Below the pieces are notes generated by a model that made no database searches, was not told the DNA's origin, and saw nothing but the letters and a program-made list of their open reading frames with translations. Of a stretch of DNA of 64,000 nt, positions 1-12,774 are shown piece after piece; within the stretch, counting starts at the first letter, position 1, and the number at the start of each line of letters is the position of its first letter. Origin of the DNA: Psammoneis japonica. Lineage: Eukaryota. The stretch lies in the NCBI GenBank assembly GCA_008632985.1, contig QPGO01000023.1, positions 1 through 64,000 of the forward strand, written 5' to 3'. Both the position numbers and the translations under genes were made by a program.

Positions 1-1290
1 CCGCGGGGCGCGGTCACGAATGATGTTTGCGGCACCGCAGTAACATCCATCGCACCGACTCTCACAACAACGACAAAAAAATTTCTAAACGCATGCTTGG
101 CTGATCAACTAGTTTGTTCGCCACCAAAAACAATGATGCTGCGTTGTTGCCACACAGACAACAACTTGGCATCCATTGCTCATGCAAATCCACTCCATCC
201 AAAAGCTTCTTCTTCCAGTCAGCCCAAAGCTGCACATCCCTCGCACACTCTGTTTTGCCATCACAGCTGCAGAGAGCAGCAGCAAGTTGTTTTCTCAACT
301 GCCAGCTCATCAACAACATTCTGCCCAAAGGCATGAAATGACTTGGAGTGCTCTTGTGGTTGTTTTGTGTCCACTCCTTCTCAACCAGAATCGCCAAAGA
401 GCCAATTTTTCGCGCAGACATTTCGCTGTCACCGTGGGCGGGCACGGTCACGAATGATGTTTTATGGCACGCAGCAACAGCCATCTCACTGACACTCACA
501 ATGATGACAAAAGAACCAATCAACCAGTTTGTTTGCTGCCAAAAACAATGATGCTGTGTTGTTGCCACAAAGACAACAACTTGGCATCTTGCTCGTGCAA
601 ATCCACACTCCATCCAAAAGCTTCTTCTTCCAGTCCAAGTGCAACACACAGCTGCTGATGAGAGTCAATGCATCACGGCGACGTGTTGCAGTCTTTAAAT
701 GTCACAAAGGGCGTGACAAAAACAACCTTTTGTCTGCATGCACACTGCGTTGTGAATTCACAGCGGAGTGGTTCATCGCAGCCATCAGGCAGGAGGCCAG
801 GGGTTCGAAACCCTGAGTGGGAGTTGTCTGCAGCAACGTTGATCACTGTCGAACGCGCAAAACTCTGTGCAGTTCTGCATGTTCCTTCGCACGCACCCAC
901 ACTGTTCCGCCAAAACTGTGCAGTGTCAGCACACGTTGGCAAAGAGCCGCATGGACGCGTGACACATGGGGAGGAGTGCAATGTGCAGCCGCTGACAGAG
1001 TCAACACATCACGGCGACGTGTTGCAGCCTTTAAATGTCACAAAGGGCATGACAAAAACAACCTTTTGTCTGCATGCATGCTGCACAAGACAACAGAAGG
1101 AGCCTGAAACTGTGCATCCCACACACACACTTTGTTTTGCCATCACAGCTGCTGCGAGCAGCAGCAAAATGTTTTCTCAACTGCCAGCTCATCAAAACAA
1201 CAGTCCAGCTGAAGGTGTGAAATGACCTGGAGTGCTCTTGTGGTTGTTTGTGTCTCCACTCCTTCTCAACCAGAATCGCCAAAGAGCAAA
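1..1290. repeat. Mosaic of degenerate direct repeats (TpA-depleted)
   Basis: 1-220 recurs at ~432-637; ~650-745 recurs at ~985-1085; ~230-390 recurs at ~1110-1285. Copies differ mainly by TA/CA, CG/TG and CA/TG swaps (gcagTAac vs gcagCAac; caacTAgtt vs caacCAgtt). Confidence 0.8.
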
Positions 1291-4200
1291 TGCATGAACA
1301 AGCCCAAGCTCCTTTTGTGGTGTTCTCGACTCCATTGCATGAGAGCAACACTTCAAATGTCTCGACTGTCTGTCCAATGCTTTTCAACATTGCTTTGTCA
1401 GATTGAGCAAATGCGTCATCAGTGCCCGACGACACCCCCACTTGGACCTGTGGAGGCATGTGACCCTTGTCTGATTTCATCAAAAAATGTCTCTCGGGGC
1501 CCTTGGCATCTCAAAATCCTTGAGTTTTCTCTGGGTGTGCAGTTTGCACTGTGCAGCTGCTTTGTTGACAGAGCTTTTCTGCTGGGGGGGGGGATCATGC
1601 TTGAAATGTCACCCGCACTTGCCCCTCACAAGAGTTTGCGGCAAGCTCCAAGGCACACATCAGCCCTTCTGACATCTTGCCACAGACAGCCCTGTGCCGC
1701 TGATGTGCATCATCAGTGCCAACCCCCCAGAGCACTCTTTTTGTTATGATGGCACAAAACACAAGAAGAGCACATGTCGTCTTACTTTTGCTGAGCTCTG
1801 CTCTGCCCTTCTTTGCTGCCACAATGTTCTTGACAAACGTGTGGACATCATTCCAGGAACAAGTGTCTGCAAGATCACCCTTCTTGCCCTTGCACTCACA
1901 TTTTTTTCTGCAACAGCAGCAAACAAATGCAAGCTGAGCCACCAGCAGCCAGCACACTCAAGTTTGGAGAAGCGTGCAGACCCCATGTCTGACAGCCCCC
2001 CCACCCCCCACCCCTCTTCTTGGCAACAATCATGTTTTTGGTGCCCAACTTTGTCAATGTCTGCAACAAAGTCAACCAGCACCACACACTCACAGTTTGA
2101 GCTGCAGGTGCTGGAGCAAATGGCTCATTTGCAGCAAACTTGGCATCATCTTGGCTTCTGTCAGATGGCACACAGCCTCTTTTTTTGTGTGTGCACATTC
2201 TTGGCAGTCAAGAGCACACACTCACCTTGGCTTTTTTCAAGTCTTTTTGCTTCTTTTTGCAACCCAGTCAGCTGGAACAAAAGACTGTTGCTCTTTGTGC
2301 AACGCTGCCTCTCTGTGTCATTTTCAATGGGCTGGTGCATCCAAGCATCACGTTGACTTCTGTGGCCTCCATGTTGTCAGTCTCTGCAGGCTTGCCTTGC
2401 ATGCATGGCTGGAGTCACCAGCTCTAGTTTTGGGTTGCTGTGTGATGCTCCACATTGGGCCTCCTGAGACTCAGCTGGCCTGCACTTGTGTGTCTTGATC
2501 CATGTCACCACAGCCACACTCCTGAGACCAAAGTCATCTGTGCTGTCTTCAGCTCTCTCCCCTTCTCCTCAATTTGCAAGTCCACACTGCTTGTTCACAA
2601 CTTTGCCATTGCTTGTCACCTGCCAGGGGAGCAACACATGTGGAGAGCATTGCCTTGGGCTGGGATGTCATGCCACCAACGTGTCATCTGCTTGTGGGTC
2701 ATGGGGCTTTTGCTTTGCTTTCACAATCTGGGAGGTTGACATGTGGTCATGTTGTCACTGGGCAGTGCTGCCATCATGATTGAACACACTGCAGCTGGCA
2801 GAGACATCAGTGTGACATGAGCATTGCCACAGCACCACTGGATGGCATGCTCCCATTTGGTGCTTCCTTGGCCTCATCTTGAAACTCTTGGCCTTGAGCT
2901 CATTTCTCGTGTTGGTCATCCAGCTTCTTTTGCTCTGAGCTCAATCAAATCCTCCTGTCTTTGTTTGCTTCAAAAAGGATCCTCATGCCCTCTGGTGTGC
3001 ACTTGGTGCAAGCCATGCATCCAGAGCTCAACAACAGAGTTTTGCCATTTTTCCTTTGCTGGGCCCTTTCCTTTGCTCCAACCAAGTCATCCTGCAAATC
3101 AGGCACAGCAGAGCTGGCACTGCATGAGTTTCATTGACAATGACCAAGAAGCGCTCAAGATCAAAAACCACTTCTTTTTTGTTGCTTGAGCAGGTGTTGG
3201 ACAAATCTGTGTGCACTGTTTCTCAAAAAAAATTCCAGCCTTGCAACTTGCAATTTGTGGCAAACCTGAATTTGCAGCCACGGCATTCTTTTTGTTGCCA
3301 TTGCCCAAGCTGGCAACAGCCGGAAGTGCAGCTGGTTGGCAGTGTCATTGTCACCTTCTTTTTCATCAAGTGAGTCAAGAACAGTTTGATCCTGTTGTTT
3401 TGTGTGCCCTCTTCTCATTGCTGTCAGACTCACCTGACATTTCACATGATCCACACTGTGACAGTGCTTGAGAGGACATGCACACTTGCCAACATTGCTG
3501 CACTCTCTTCAAAGCATGGCATGAAAAGGAACTGGCACCTGCCCACCATCCCAGCTTGACTTTGCAAGTGTTGTCATTGACTGGAGAATGTGCTTCCCAT
3601 CTGGCCCATTGAAAAAAGAAATTGACTCACCATCTTGCCTCCCTCCTCAATCATGTCCTCAATTTCAAAGATCCCCAAAGCCACCTTGTTTGACTCATTT
3701 TGTCATGGCCATTTTTCTTCCTTTTGCTGATTTGTTCAGAGCCCCCTGGAACTTCCAGGTGGTCCACCCTGCCTCCACCCCCTTTCTCTGTGCTTCTTGA
3801 AAGCCTTGCAACTGTGGGGAGGAGCAGCGGTCTCCACAGCCCCATGTGTCCTTCTGGTCATCTCTGACAAAAGTCTTCCAACTTTCATCCCAGAGTTTTC
3901 AACTCTGGCTCATTGCACTTGTGCCATGGTTCGTGGCACTTGCACTCCAGTTTTGTCTTTGTCAGCATCACATCAACATGTCTCCTGCTGCTCAAGTGTG
4001 CTGGAGAGCACACAACTCCTTCAACCACATGCCCAAGTCTTGACAATCATCTGTGATGTCCTGTTCTGAGTGATGCTTTTTTGCCATTTCTCAATCTTGA
4101 AAGCTGTCTGGCACTCTCGCTGCCAGAGTCATGTTGTCCAACAATGCAGGCACTCTCACAAATGTCTTGTGTTGTTTGATTTCACACTGGCTGAGCTTGT

Positions 4201-4640
4201 GTGTGCTTCTTTTGTGACTTCAACCCCTTTGGCACCAAGACATCAGCCTGAGCATCTGTTTTCTTTCCACTGACACAATCATCTGACTTCTTGCTGAGCT
4301 TGCCCCCCCCCCCATTTGCCCATGAGTGTTTTTCTCAAACAACAGCGACAGCTTCGTGAAGACAATCTCAAATCTTCTCTCTCTTGCTGATGCTCCTGGA
4401 CAAAGAACATGGTCTCTTGCTCTCAGGTGGGTCATTTTCATGAACTGTTAATGCATGCCATGTTGTGCAATCTGGCTGCCAAAGCTGCTGACTCTCAGTC
4501 CATGGCACTGCAAAACACCAACCTGCATTTTTCAAATCACCCTTTCAACACAAATTGTGATCTGTTCCCCTTGTTGTTCTCTCTCCTCATTCTTGTCAAA
4601 TCAATCTTGCCAAATCTCTGCTCCTTTGAACTCATTTCTC
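1290..4640. other. TpA- and CpG-depleted relic sequence, family not identified
   Basis: Only a handful of TA dinucleotides in over 3 kb; ORFs are Cys/His-rich and nearly Tyr-free; no domain recognised. Confidence 0.55.
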
Positions 4641-5107
4641 CTCTTCTACACTCTCATTTCTCCCATTCTATCTTCCATTTCACTTCACTCCTGTGTGCAC
4701 AAGATGGACTTCGGTCCCGATTCGAAGTCGGTGCCTTTCGATCTTGGTCGGGAGTCTCGGGGTGCTCGCAAAATCACACTTTCAGCACGAAATCTGTGAC
4801 CTCCGACAGTCGTTACTTCAATGTCACTACGGCTAAGCTTTCTTTTCCACATGCTCGAGTGTACTCGCTAGCCAGTGATGATGATAAAGGTAGCACAGTC
4901 CTTTTGGGAGCTGCAAAGCAAACATCCAGACTCTTCCGTACTTTAGCAATAACATGGTCAGTTGGAAAGGCGCGCAAACAAAGCTCTTTAGTTTTACTCG
5001 AACCGAGGAATATAGTTCTATACCGCAAACATTCAAGCCTCAACGACAACGCTCGCTAAAACAGTGCAAGCATAATACGCCACCACGGTGATACGTTATG
5101 AAGGAAT

Positions 5108-6343
5108 TTATTCGTCGTCCCAGAATGGGAGCCCCATCTTTTCCAGAAATAAGAGTCCCGCAACGGACCCAACCAGATAAAGCACGAAGGATCCCATGGG
5201 AGTGACCACTGGTGCCTCAGCCTCGCCCATTAGCGAATAAAAGGTACTGAGACTCACATGGGAGTAGAGCCATTTCTCGTCTTCTTGCGTAAGGCTTTTC
5301 ACAAACGTCTTGTTACTGCATGTTCCTGCCGAGGCATCGAAACCGCTTTCGCAAGTAGTTTCGTCCAGGAGAGCATAATGGCCAAACTCATCGTCATGAC
5401 CAGTGTCGTCAAACAGGCCAAACATTTGCAACTGCCTGTGCCAAGCCATTTTCTTGTTGGGAGCGGACTCCGACGTCAACAATAAATCTGAAACATAGGT
5501 GTTAACGCCGTGTTTAGCACTCGGAAGGCCCGCTCGAATGCTCCGTGTATCGTCCACCACAGCAACCACGTAACGCTGGTAAAAGTATCCAACGCTTGCG
5601 TATACCAAATACATGTATACAACGGAAGACAACTCCCGGAGTCGCCGGTGCTTTTTGAAGATGTTGAGCATCCTGAAGCCATCATTCTCCTTGTTTTTCA
5701 GTTGTTCGAGCTCTTCTTGACGTTCATCGCTTGTCCATAGCAACGATCCTCCTGATAACCTGGAAATGAGAAATCCCATCAAGAGTGCTGTGATGTTGAT
5801 AAGATCATCGTGATTGAAGTTTCTGGTCGGCTCGGCAATAAATGTCCAAAAGAGATCGTAGCAGAACATGTGAGAGAGGCAGTACACAATCATACCAAAC
5901 ATTCCGGGAACTGAGTATCGCAAATCAAACATGATTGCAGCCCGAAGTCTCGTTGTGATGGACTTATTAGCTTTCGGGGTCTTCTTCTCTACTGATTTCG
6001 ATGTATTCTTGGATTCTGTAGAAGTACGCTTAGCATCATTTGTGCTACTCTTTGTCACAGAAACAGCTTTCTTTTCAACAAGAGCTTTCTTTTTCACGTC
6101 GCCATCGACCGCAAGGAGCTTTGCTTTTACGCAATTCTTGTGTTCGTCCTCTAGAGACAGCTCTGAAGGTTCCTTCTTTTGAGCGGAAAGGCGTGCCATA
6201 CAATACGCGAGAAGCATCTGATCATTTTCGCGAAGGGCTTTGATTTCAGATTCTTGTTTCTCATCGCTGACTTCTTGCAAAAGCCTCTTTCGAAACTTGA
6301 AATGCTTTCTCAGCGATTCTTCATTCATCACACTGGAAGGCAT
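5108..6343 (-). CDS. Hypothetical multi-pass membrane protein (411 aa)
   Basis: Uninterrupted ATG-initiated ORF with normal TA/Tyr content, a charged N-terminal region and several hydrophobic segments. Confidence 0.75.
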   Translation of the reverse strand: MPSSVMNEESLRKHFKFRKRLLQEVSDEKQESEIKALRENDQMLLAYCMARLSAQKKEPSELSLEDEHKNCVKAKLLAVDGDVKKKALVEKKAVSVTKSSTNDAKRTSTESKNTSKSVEKKTPKANKSITTRLRAAIMFDLRYSVPGMFGMIVYCLSHMFCYDLFWTFIAEPTRNFNHDDLINITALLMGFLISRLSGGSLLWTSDERQEELEQLKNKENDGFRMLNIFKKHRRLRELSSVVYMYLVYASVGYFYQRYVVAVVDDTRSIRAGLPSAKHGVNTYVSDLLLTSESAPNKKMAWHRQLQMFGLFDDTGHDDEFGHYALLDETTCESGFDASAGTCSNKTFVKSLTQEDEKWLYSHVSLSTFYSLMGEAEAPVVTPMGSFVLYLVGSVAGLLFLEKMGLPFWDDE

Positions 6344-7436
6344 GGTGTAGGTATCAAGAGAAGAAGTTGTGTTGATTACAGGTGCAACAAGAATCGATGT
6401 GTTGTCACAATAATTTTATCGGCGATTGGCGGTGAACGTTGATGATGCGTCTTGGGAGTGGCATGATCGTTGTGGTGCTGGCGGGGCGTGGGTCAGTCCG
6501 GCCGGCTCACTCCCGGCTTGGGAGGTCCGGCCGGCTTCTTTGGGATGGAATCCATGCAGTCTCGGTCAGTCATTTGGTTTGTACGGTAATCCTGTAGAAG
6601 TGTACGTGAAAATAGTCATAAATATTTTCCGTTGTGTATATCCTACGTAGGAATCTCAGTATGTTCAACGCCGGCGGGCAGGAATCACGACTCGGAAATC
6701 ACGATCCAGCACCAGGTCGAGAACCACGAAAAAACCGCGGAATCACGCCGGGTCGACGCTCGAGGTGGCGTTTTCCAGATTTCTGGAATCTGACCCGGCA
6801 CCGGTTCTCAGTACAGAATTATCGTAGAATCATGCGTAGCCGCTTACAATTGGCAAATTGAAAATGGCAGGTTAAGTCAACGGAAACACTAATCAATAAA
6901 TTTGATAGTTCCTGCGTTCCAAGAACATTTTTAAATATATAATTAAACTCTACATATAATTTTTAACGCATATGTATACATTTCGAATTTCCGTTGCGTG
7001 CACGTCTTTTTCCAGCATTGAGGGCGATGGAGATGAGTGTCACACATGCCGGTAAGGTTACCGCCGACCAAGCACGAAAGAAGATCAATCGAAGCAGTCG
7101 GTCAGCGTGGCCACAGTGATGGGCGTGGACCAAAACTGTGGTGCCGAATGAATGCACCAAAACTTCAGTGACACACCACGCTCGCCAATGTTAGTTCCCG
7201 CAAGTTCTGAAATAAACTGCCGCAAAAGCACACAACATTTACACTCCTGTGTGTGAACCATCACACAGAGCAAATCATGATGATCAGAACGAAACAGCAG
7301 CTTCGCCATGCTTCTCTCGCAACCTCGCCGCTGCAGTCGGGCTGCGCAGCAAGTTCCTGCCAAGAACCATCATGGCATCTCCAGTGCTCCTCATTTTCAA
7401 TCTTACACTCGAACGGATGACTTGTCCTGACTCAAT

Positions 7437-8372
7437 GTGCAGGCTTTCATGCAGACTGCACAACCTGGGAGGCAGCGAAGACGAGTGGCTCGAGCAAAGC
7501 ACCACACATCTGGAACAGGGTGCAGAAGCAGCAATTCGAAACTCACCCATGCCATCATTGAAAACGTTGAATTGCACGGTGCCACAGTGCTTTGTGGAGC
7601 CAAGTCCCAATGCGATTTTGAAGGAGGAAGTGAATCGTCTGTGGCATTTTGCTCCATCGCAGCTTCTCATCTCCTTCACTCCAATCCACAAGACGTCACG
7701 CTTGACATTGTTGAATCATTGATCAACCCGGCCCTCCTTGATCTTGCGATTGCCTGGGGGGTGAAAAGACATGGGTGGGCATGCCGTGGTCAATCGACTG
7801 TTGAAGAACTGCGGCCGAGTGATTTCTTCTACGAAGTTGATGGTCTCGAACGCGGGCCACTTGTTCAAAGTGGAACTGGGATTGGGCATTTCGGGAAAGT
7901 GCCCAAAGAGAGGGTGGCTGTTGCTGTTAGAAGTGCAAATGCATCCGATGCTGTGCTGTGCTTTGGGTGCAGTCAAAACAAGTGGTGTGTGATTGACAGC
8001 TGTGGCGAGAGCCGTTCACAGCCCAAGGCGGCACGCATTGTCAAGTGCCAGTCGACTGTGGCCCTTGCACTGGCGTTGATGTGTAAATTTCCAAAGCATG
8101 CAGCGGACACTTGGCAGACTCACATGGACAACTGTTTTGAAGCCACTCCCATTGCAGTGGCTGAGGAATGGGTTGAAACAACAGTGACGACGGCCCGCCG
8201 CAGTGGCACTGTGGATGCAGCAAAGCATTCACCAAACCTTGGTCCACTCCGATGGATCGACGGAAGAAAAGTGAACCCCTTTCATCCTGATGCGGACGAC
8301 ACCAAAGCGTCGTCACGAGAGCCTCGCCCCAAAGCACCAGCTGCCAGTGGCAGTCATGAAGCAGCTGGCTAG
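7437..8372 (+). pseudogene. Hypermutated ORF, possibly a herpes-tegument-like (VTD/peptidase C76-like) cysteine protease
   Basis: KSQCDFEGGSESSVAFCSIAAS...LLDLAIAWG...KWCVIDSCG loosely resembles the Q..C / LD...G / Y.FDSH pattern; lies in a TpA-depleted block. Confidence 0.3.
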
Positions 8373-11190
8373 AAACCCCAAGAGCCAAGCGTCCACGGAG
8401 GTGAATGAATGCAGTTCAACAGGTCCCCACTCCAATGAGAATGATGCAGCACCTGCAACCTTCACCCCTCTTCAAGGAAATGACCAACCTGCCACAAACA
8501 CCCAGAGCCAATTGCCCATGAACGCCAACAAATCCTTGTCTAAAGCGACCCATTCCAACGGGCACAATTCAATGACCAAGCCACCTGCAACCTTGATCCC
8601 TTCTCAAGGCAACAGACAAGCAGCAGAAAAGTTGGACTCCTCCTCCAAGACAAAGCCTGGCAATGACAAAGAGTGCGACGGGGAAGCATTCCGAAACAGC
8701 ACAGATGGCGCGACTGGAGCTGGAGCACCCCCCTTGAGAGTGTTCGAGATGGACATGTTCCAAGACCCAACGGCGCATTTTGTCATGGTGGACCCTGCAG
8801 TTTGTGCTTCCGGGATTGCACATGATCAAACAGCAATTGAGCAACACTTTGATTTGTGCCGCAAAGAAGAAGAGTTGCGAGTTCAAGAAGAACGTGAGGG
8901 ACCACAGGAAGGAGAAGAAGATGATCGCAGCATGAGCTGCTCGAGACCGCGTTCTGAAATCAAGCTCACTTGCCCTGTGACTCAACAGGTTGTCTCCAAC
9001 CTTCTCATTCCTGGCTGCTTTGTCAAAAAGCAGATTGTCAGTCTGGCTGAGGCTAATGTTCTGCCCATGTCAGCAGAGGAAAGGTCTGAGTGGAATGACC
9101 GGCATCACAAGAAGAAAGAAAATGATCGCCAACGGGCTGTGAGGGAACGCAAGGAAAAGGAGGCCCGCCGTCAAATGGCTCAGAACCAAGAGGAAGCTTG
9201 GGAATGCAGAGCAAAAGAGGAAGAAGCGGCTGTCAATGAGATGCCTTCTCTGAATGCCGCAGCTGTCTCACATGAAATGGTGCGACATGAAAGAAGCAAT
9301 GACCAGCTCCTGTCGGACTTGGACCTTGGTGTTTCCCTGGCCTTGTGCAAGAACACCACGCAGCAGCAGTCCAGCGGCAGCACGGACTGTCATTGTCAGG
9401 CAGCATGCTGCAAGATGAGGTTGACATCGGATGCCACCTTGTCGCGCACTCGCTGCACAAGAATGGCGTGCAAAAGATGTGTTGAGTTTGAAGTTTCCGA
9501 CTTTGCAGCAACACGCTCAAAGGAACTTCACAGAGTCTGTGCCAAGTGCATCATGCAGACAGTTGATGTGATGCCCAGAGAAGGATCAATGGGCGACACA
9601 AGAGCGTTCATCCTGAGGGAGTGCCTCCAGCCCTGCATTCGCAACATTGCTCAAGGAGTCATTGCATTCCAAGACTTGCAGGAAAAAGTGTGGGCTGACA
9701 ATGAATTTGGGCCAGCCACACTTGAGCTTGAGCACAACATTCAAAGGCTGCTTGGAGAAAGAAGCAGATTGGAAATTCAGCTGCGGCACTCCAAACAGCT
9801 TGAAGATGAGAAACGAGCCATCAAAGAGTGGGGGATTCGAACTGAAGTTGTTCAAGCCCAGCATGATGAAATCTTGGGTGGGCCGACACCACACAACAAA
9901 GGCAAAGAACCAGTCCACACCCAGGAAGTCTTCCGGACAATGCATCGTCTTGAAACTGCACAAAGAAATTTGACTGATGCAAAGGCACAACTTGCCAATG
10001 CGAAACGAAGAGCAGCTGCTTGAGTCATTGATGATCCAACGAGGAGCAGCGCACCCACTGCGGGTGGGCCAGCCTTTTCTTTGGCCGACGTTGAGGAAGT
10101 CGCGGCATTGTTGAGGAAAGCATGCACCATTCGCAGCAGTTGGGCTGATCGGAAAAGGACAAATGGACGCAACCATGCATCTAAAGCAACTGGCTCCACT
10201 GTCAAGAGTCGCAGCAAAGCAAAAGAAGCATCTCTCAGTGAGATTTTCAAAGCGAAAAAGCCAATCGGTGCTGCCGACGATAAGAGCAAGAAGAATGCCG
10301 GTGCTCCTGCCGTTTCAACACCTCTGTTTGCAGAGACATTTGTGCCAGAAGAACGGAGCAGCGAAGGTGGTCAGCTGAAGATTGAGACAGCAGCAGGTGA
10401 AAGAGCCGCGTCAACGTTGCTCGGCATTCACCACAGTGCAGGCATTTCTTCAACGAAACCATTGTTCAGTCCGATGTCTCTGACGTTGCAAGAAGACCCC
10501 AACTTTCTCACTGCGATTCAAAGCGTCAAGCCTTGCACCTTGCTTCCACTCAAGCTTGTGCATCCTCCGACTCGCATGAAGGCGGAACTGGATTTGTTGC
10601 AGAATGTGTTGGCACAGAATCTGCCTGCATCGCAACGTAAATGCGATGCCAAATGTCCCATGAAGTGTCACATCAAAACAGCTCAAAAGGAAGCGCTTTG
10701 GAGGATGAAATTGAAAAACTTGAAGCATCAGTGAAAAAGTCAACAGAGGCAGCGGAAGCAGAAGCGGAGCAAACGCGCCGAAAAGTGGAGCGGCAAGCTC
10801 GTCATGCAAAAGTGGAATCTGCTGAACGTGTCCGTGAGGAAGCTCGATTGAAGCAAGAAGAAGCGGCTCTCAAGGAAGCCAAGCTGTTGCACAAACGGCA
10901 TGCTTGTGAAGACGGAGCTGCTGCCAAGGCATTTGCTCAAGCTGTCGGCAAATCAAATGGCACCAAGGCCTTTGGTGGCAAGGGCAGCTTGAGAACGTGC
11001 AAACTGTGCAAGTGCGGTCCGATCGAGAACAAAGCTTGCGATGACCTCAAGTGTCACAACAATTCCTCAAACATGTGCAAGGGATTGGCTGTTGTGGTGA
11101 CTTGCAAGCTGAATCATTGTCCACACTGTGGTTGGTTTGCTTCCGATTGGGAGTCATGGCCGCACTGGGATGGCATTTTCGGTCCTCACC
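8290..11190 (+). pseudogene. Hypermutated U-box E3 ligase-like gene with Zn-finger and coiled-coil regions
   Basis: FQDPTAHFVMVDPAVCASGIAHDQTAIEQHF...LTCPVTQQVVSNLLIP is a U-box with His at the usual Tyr positions. Also a Cys cluster (CKRC...HRVCAKC) and a C-terminal CKLCKCGPIENKACDDL..H...NHCPHCGWF..W..WPHWDG motif. Broken by a stop at 10021-10023 and a frameshift near 10650. Confidence 0.65.
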
Positions 11191-12300
11191 AATCAAGCGC
11201 ATGTCATTTTGCTCATCTCATTGTTTTGAGAAATCTTGCTGTAGTTGCCTGCAAGTTCTCTGCACTCGTTCCATGTCAGACTTGAAGGTCAAGCATGATG
11301 ACAGATGGCATTGCTCGACTTTTTTTAAACAAGGACGAACAAGGCTGCCGTCGCTGGAGCGAAAGAGTTTTTGACAAGCACACTCATGCTTTCACCAGCA
11401 AAACCAAGGAACGTCTGCACAGACAATGAAATGCCGACTTGGTCTCTTTAGATTGTGCTGCATTTATCAAGGCACATCTTGACTGCTTGCATGTGGCACA
11501 GTGTGAACAACGCAACCTCCACTCTGCCTGATGCTGCACTCACAAATCATCATGAAACGACGAACGCCATTTTTTCATTTTCAATTTTTTTGGAAGATCC
11601 GGCCGTGCCGTGCGGACTGACTCCAACGGCACAAATTTAATGCACATGGGACTGTTTGTGACAAAAACTGTGAGTCAGCCGGGGCAGGGCTGTGGCAGTT
11701 GGTCACGCATGTTTGGGTTTGATGCAGCCGTGCAACTGGCCATGCCAGCACCTTGCAGGCAGAGCTGTGATGTTGATTGCACCATGACTTTTGGACCAAC
11801 TGTGTTCTTTTAAATGCCTGAAGAAATCTTCCATTTTGGCTGATGGACAGCGAGTGCACTTTTCAGAACAGTGTTTTGCAACTTCTCAGGTGGGTGTTGT
11901 CCACAGGACAGGGCTGGGCAACGGGAGCAGAAAAATGTCTTAGAGAGAGTGCGTGCATGCTGCAAAAAGAAAACACATGAGAGCGCAGTCTGGGGCGCAG
12001 CACCGGCGCTCACATCAGGAGCACAGGCACTTGCACAGCATTGTGGCAAGCAGCGCGCACGTGGAAACGGCCATTTCTTGCATTTCTCCCACCACCACCA
12101 CAAACATCATCAACACGGAGCACCTCCAACAATGGCTGTCACCGCTGAAAACGAGCATTGTGGATGTTGTGTTGATGCCATTGGGCCTGCTGTTGTCAAC
12201 CCAAAAACTGACTCACAATGAAAACAAATGAGAATGTTCTCTTGAGCCGAAATGTGTTTCTTCAATCTCACATTCTCAATGAGTGAATCAAATCGCTCCA

Positions 12301-12627
12301 GACGCGTTCCAGCTCTTGGTGGGACCTCATGCCACTGCACTGTGACATCAACAGTTTTTTGGATTGCGTTGCATGTCGCGCACGTGCATTTCTGCATGTT
12401 GCACTCTACGAAATTGTTTCATGCTCCCTGTTTTGCGAAGCTGAAGGCTTTCTGTTTTCAACATTCATGCTCCAAGCATGAAGGAGGAGATGTGTTCATA
12501 AAGTTGCCTCTTTTTCTGTTGGCAATCATTTGCATTTTCATTGCAGTGCAAATTTGCTGCGGAGCTTGCACGTGGAATTCTGTGGGCCCAATGTCACATG
12601 GAGTCCCACCTGGGACTGGAGCCTGTC
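12301..12627. mobile_element. MITE family A, copy 1 (~25-bp TIRs, 4-bp TSD TCCA)
   Basis: Begins GACGCGTTCCAGCTCTTGGTGGGAC and ends GTCCCACCTGGGACTGGAGCCTGTC; TCCA at 12297-12300 and 12628-12631. Confidence 0.8.
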
Positions 12628-12774
12628 TCCACTGCATTTGACGGAATCTGTTGATTCAATGTGTTTTTTGGTTTTCTCAACTTCTTGTTCTCCTCCAATC
12701 TTTGTCCATGTTTCTGCAGGAAAATGTCACATCATGCTGGGCGGCTCAAGTTGACACCACTTCAAATGGGGCCG

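Noticed and set aside
1..4640. Many overlapping Cys/His-rich ORFs in the TpA-depleted blocks as real genes
   Set aside because: They are a by-product of lost TAA/TAG codons; they overlap in all frames and show no recognisable domains.
4409..5059. 216-aa plus-strand ORF across the block boundary
   Set aside because: Straddles edited and normal sequence, with no recognisable motif or splice support.
6643..6839. Possible small MITE (CTACGTAGGAATCT / AGAATCATGCGTAG ends, internal AATCACG repeats)
   Set aside because: Only 11 of 14 bases match between the ends, no TSD, and a single copy in the window.
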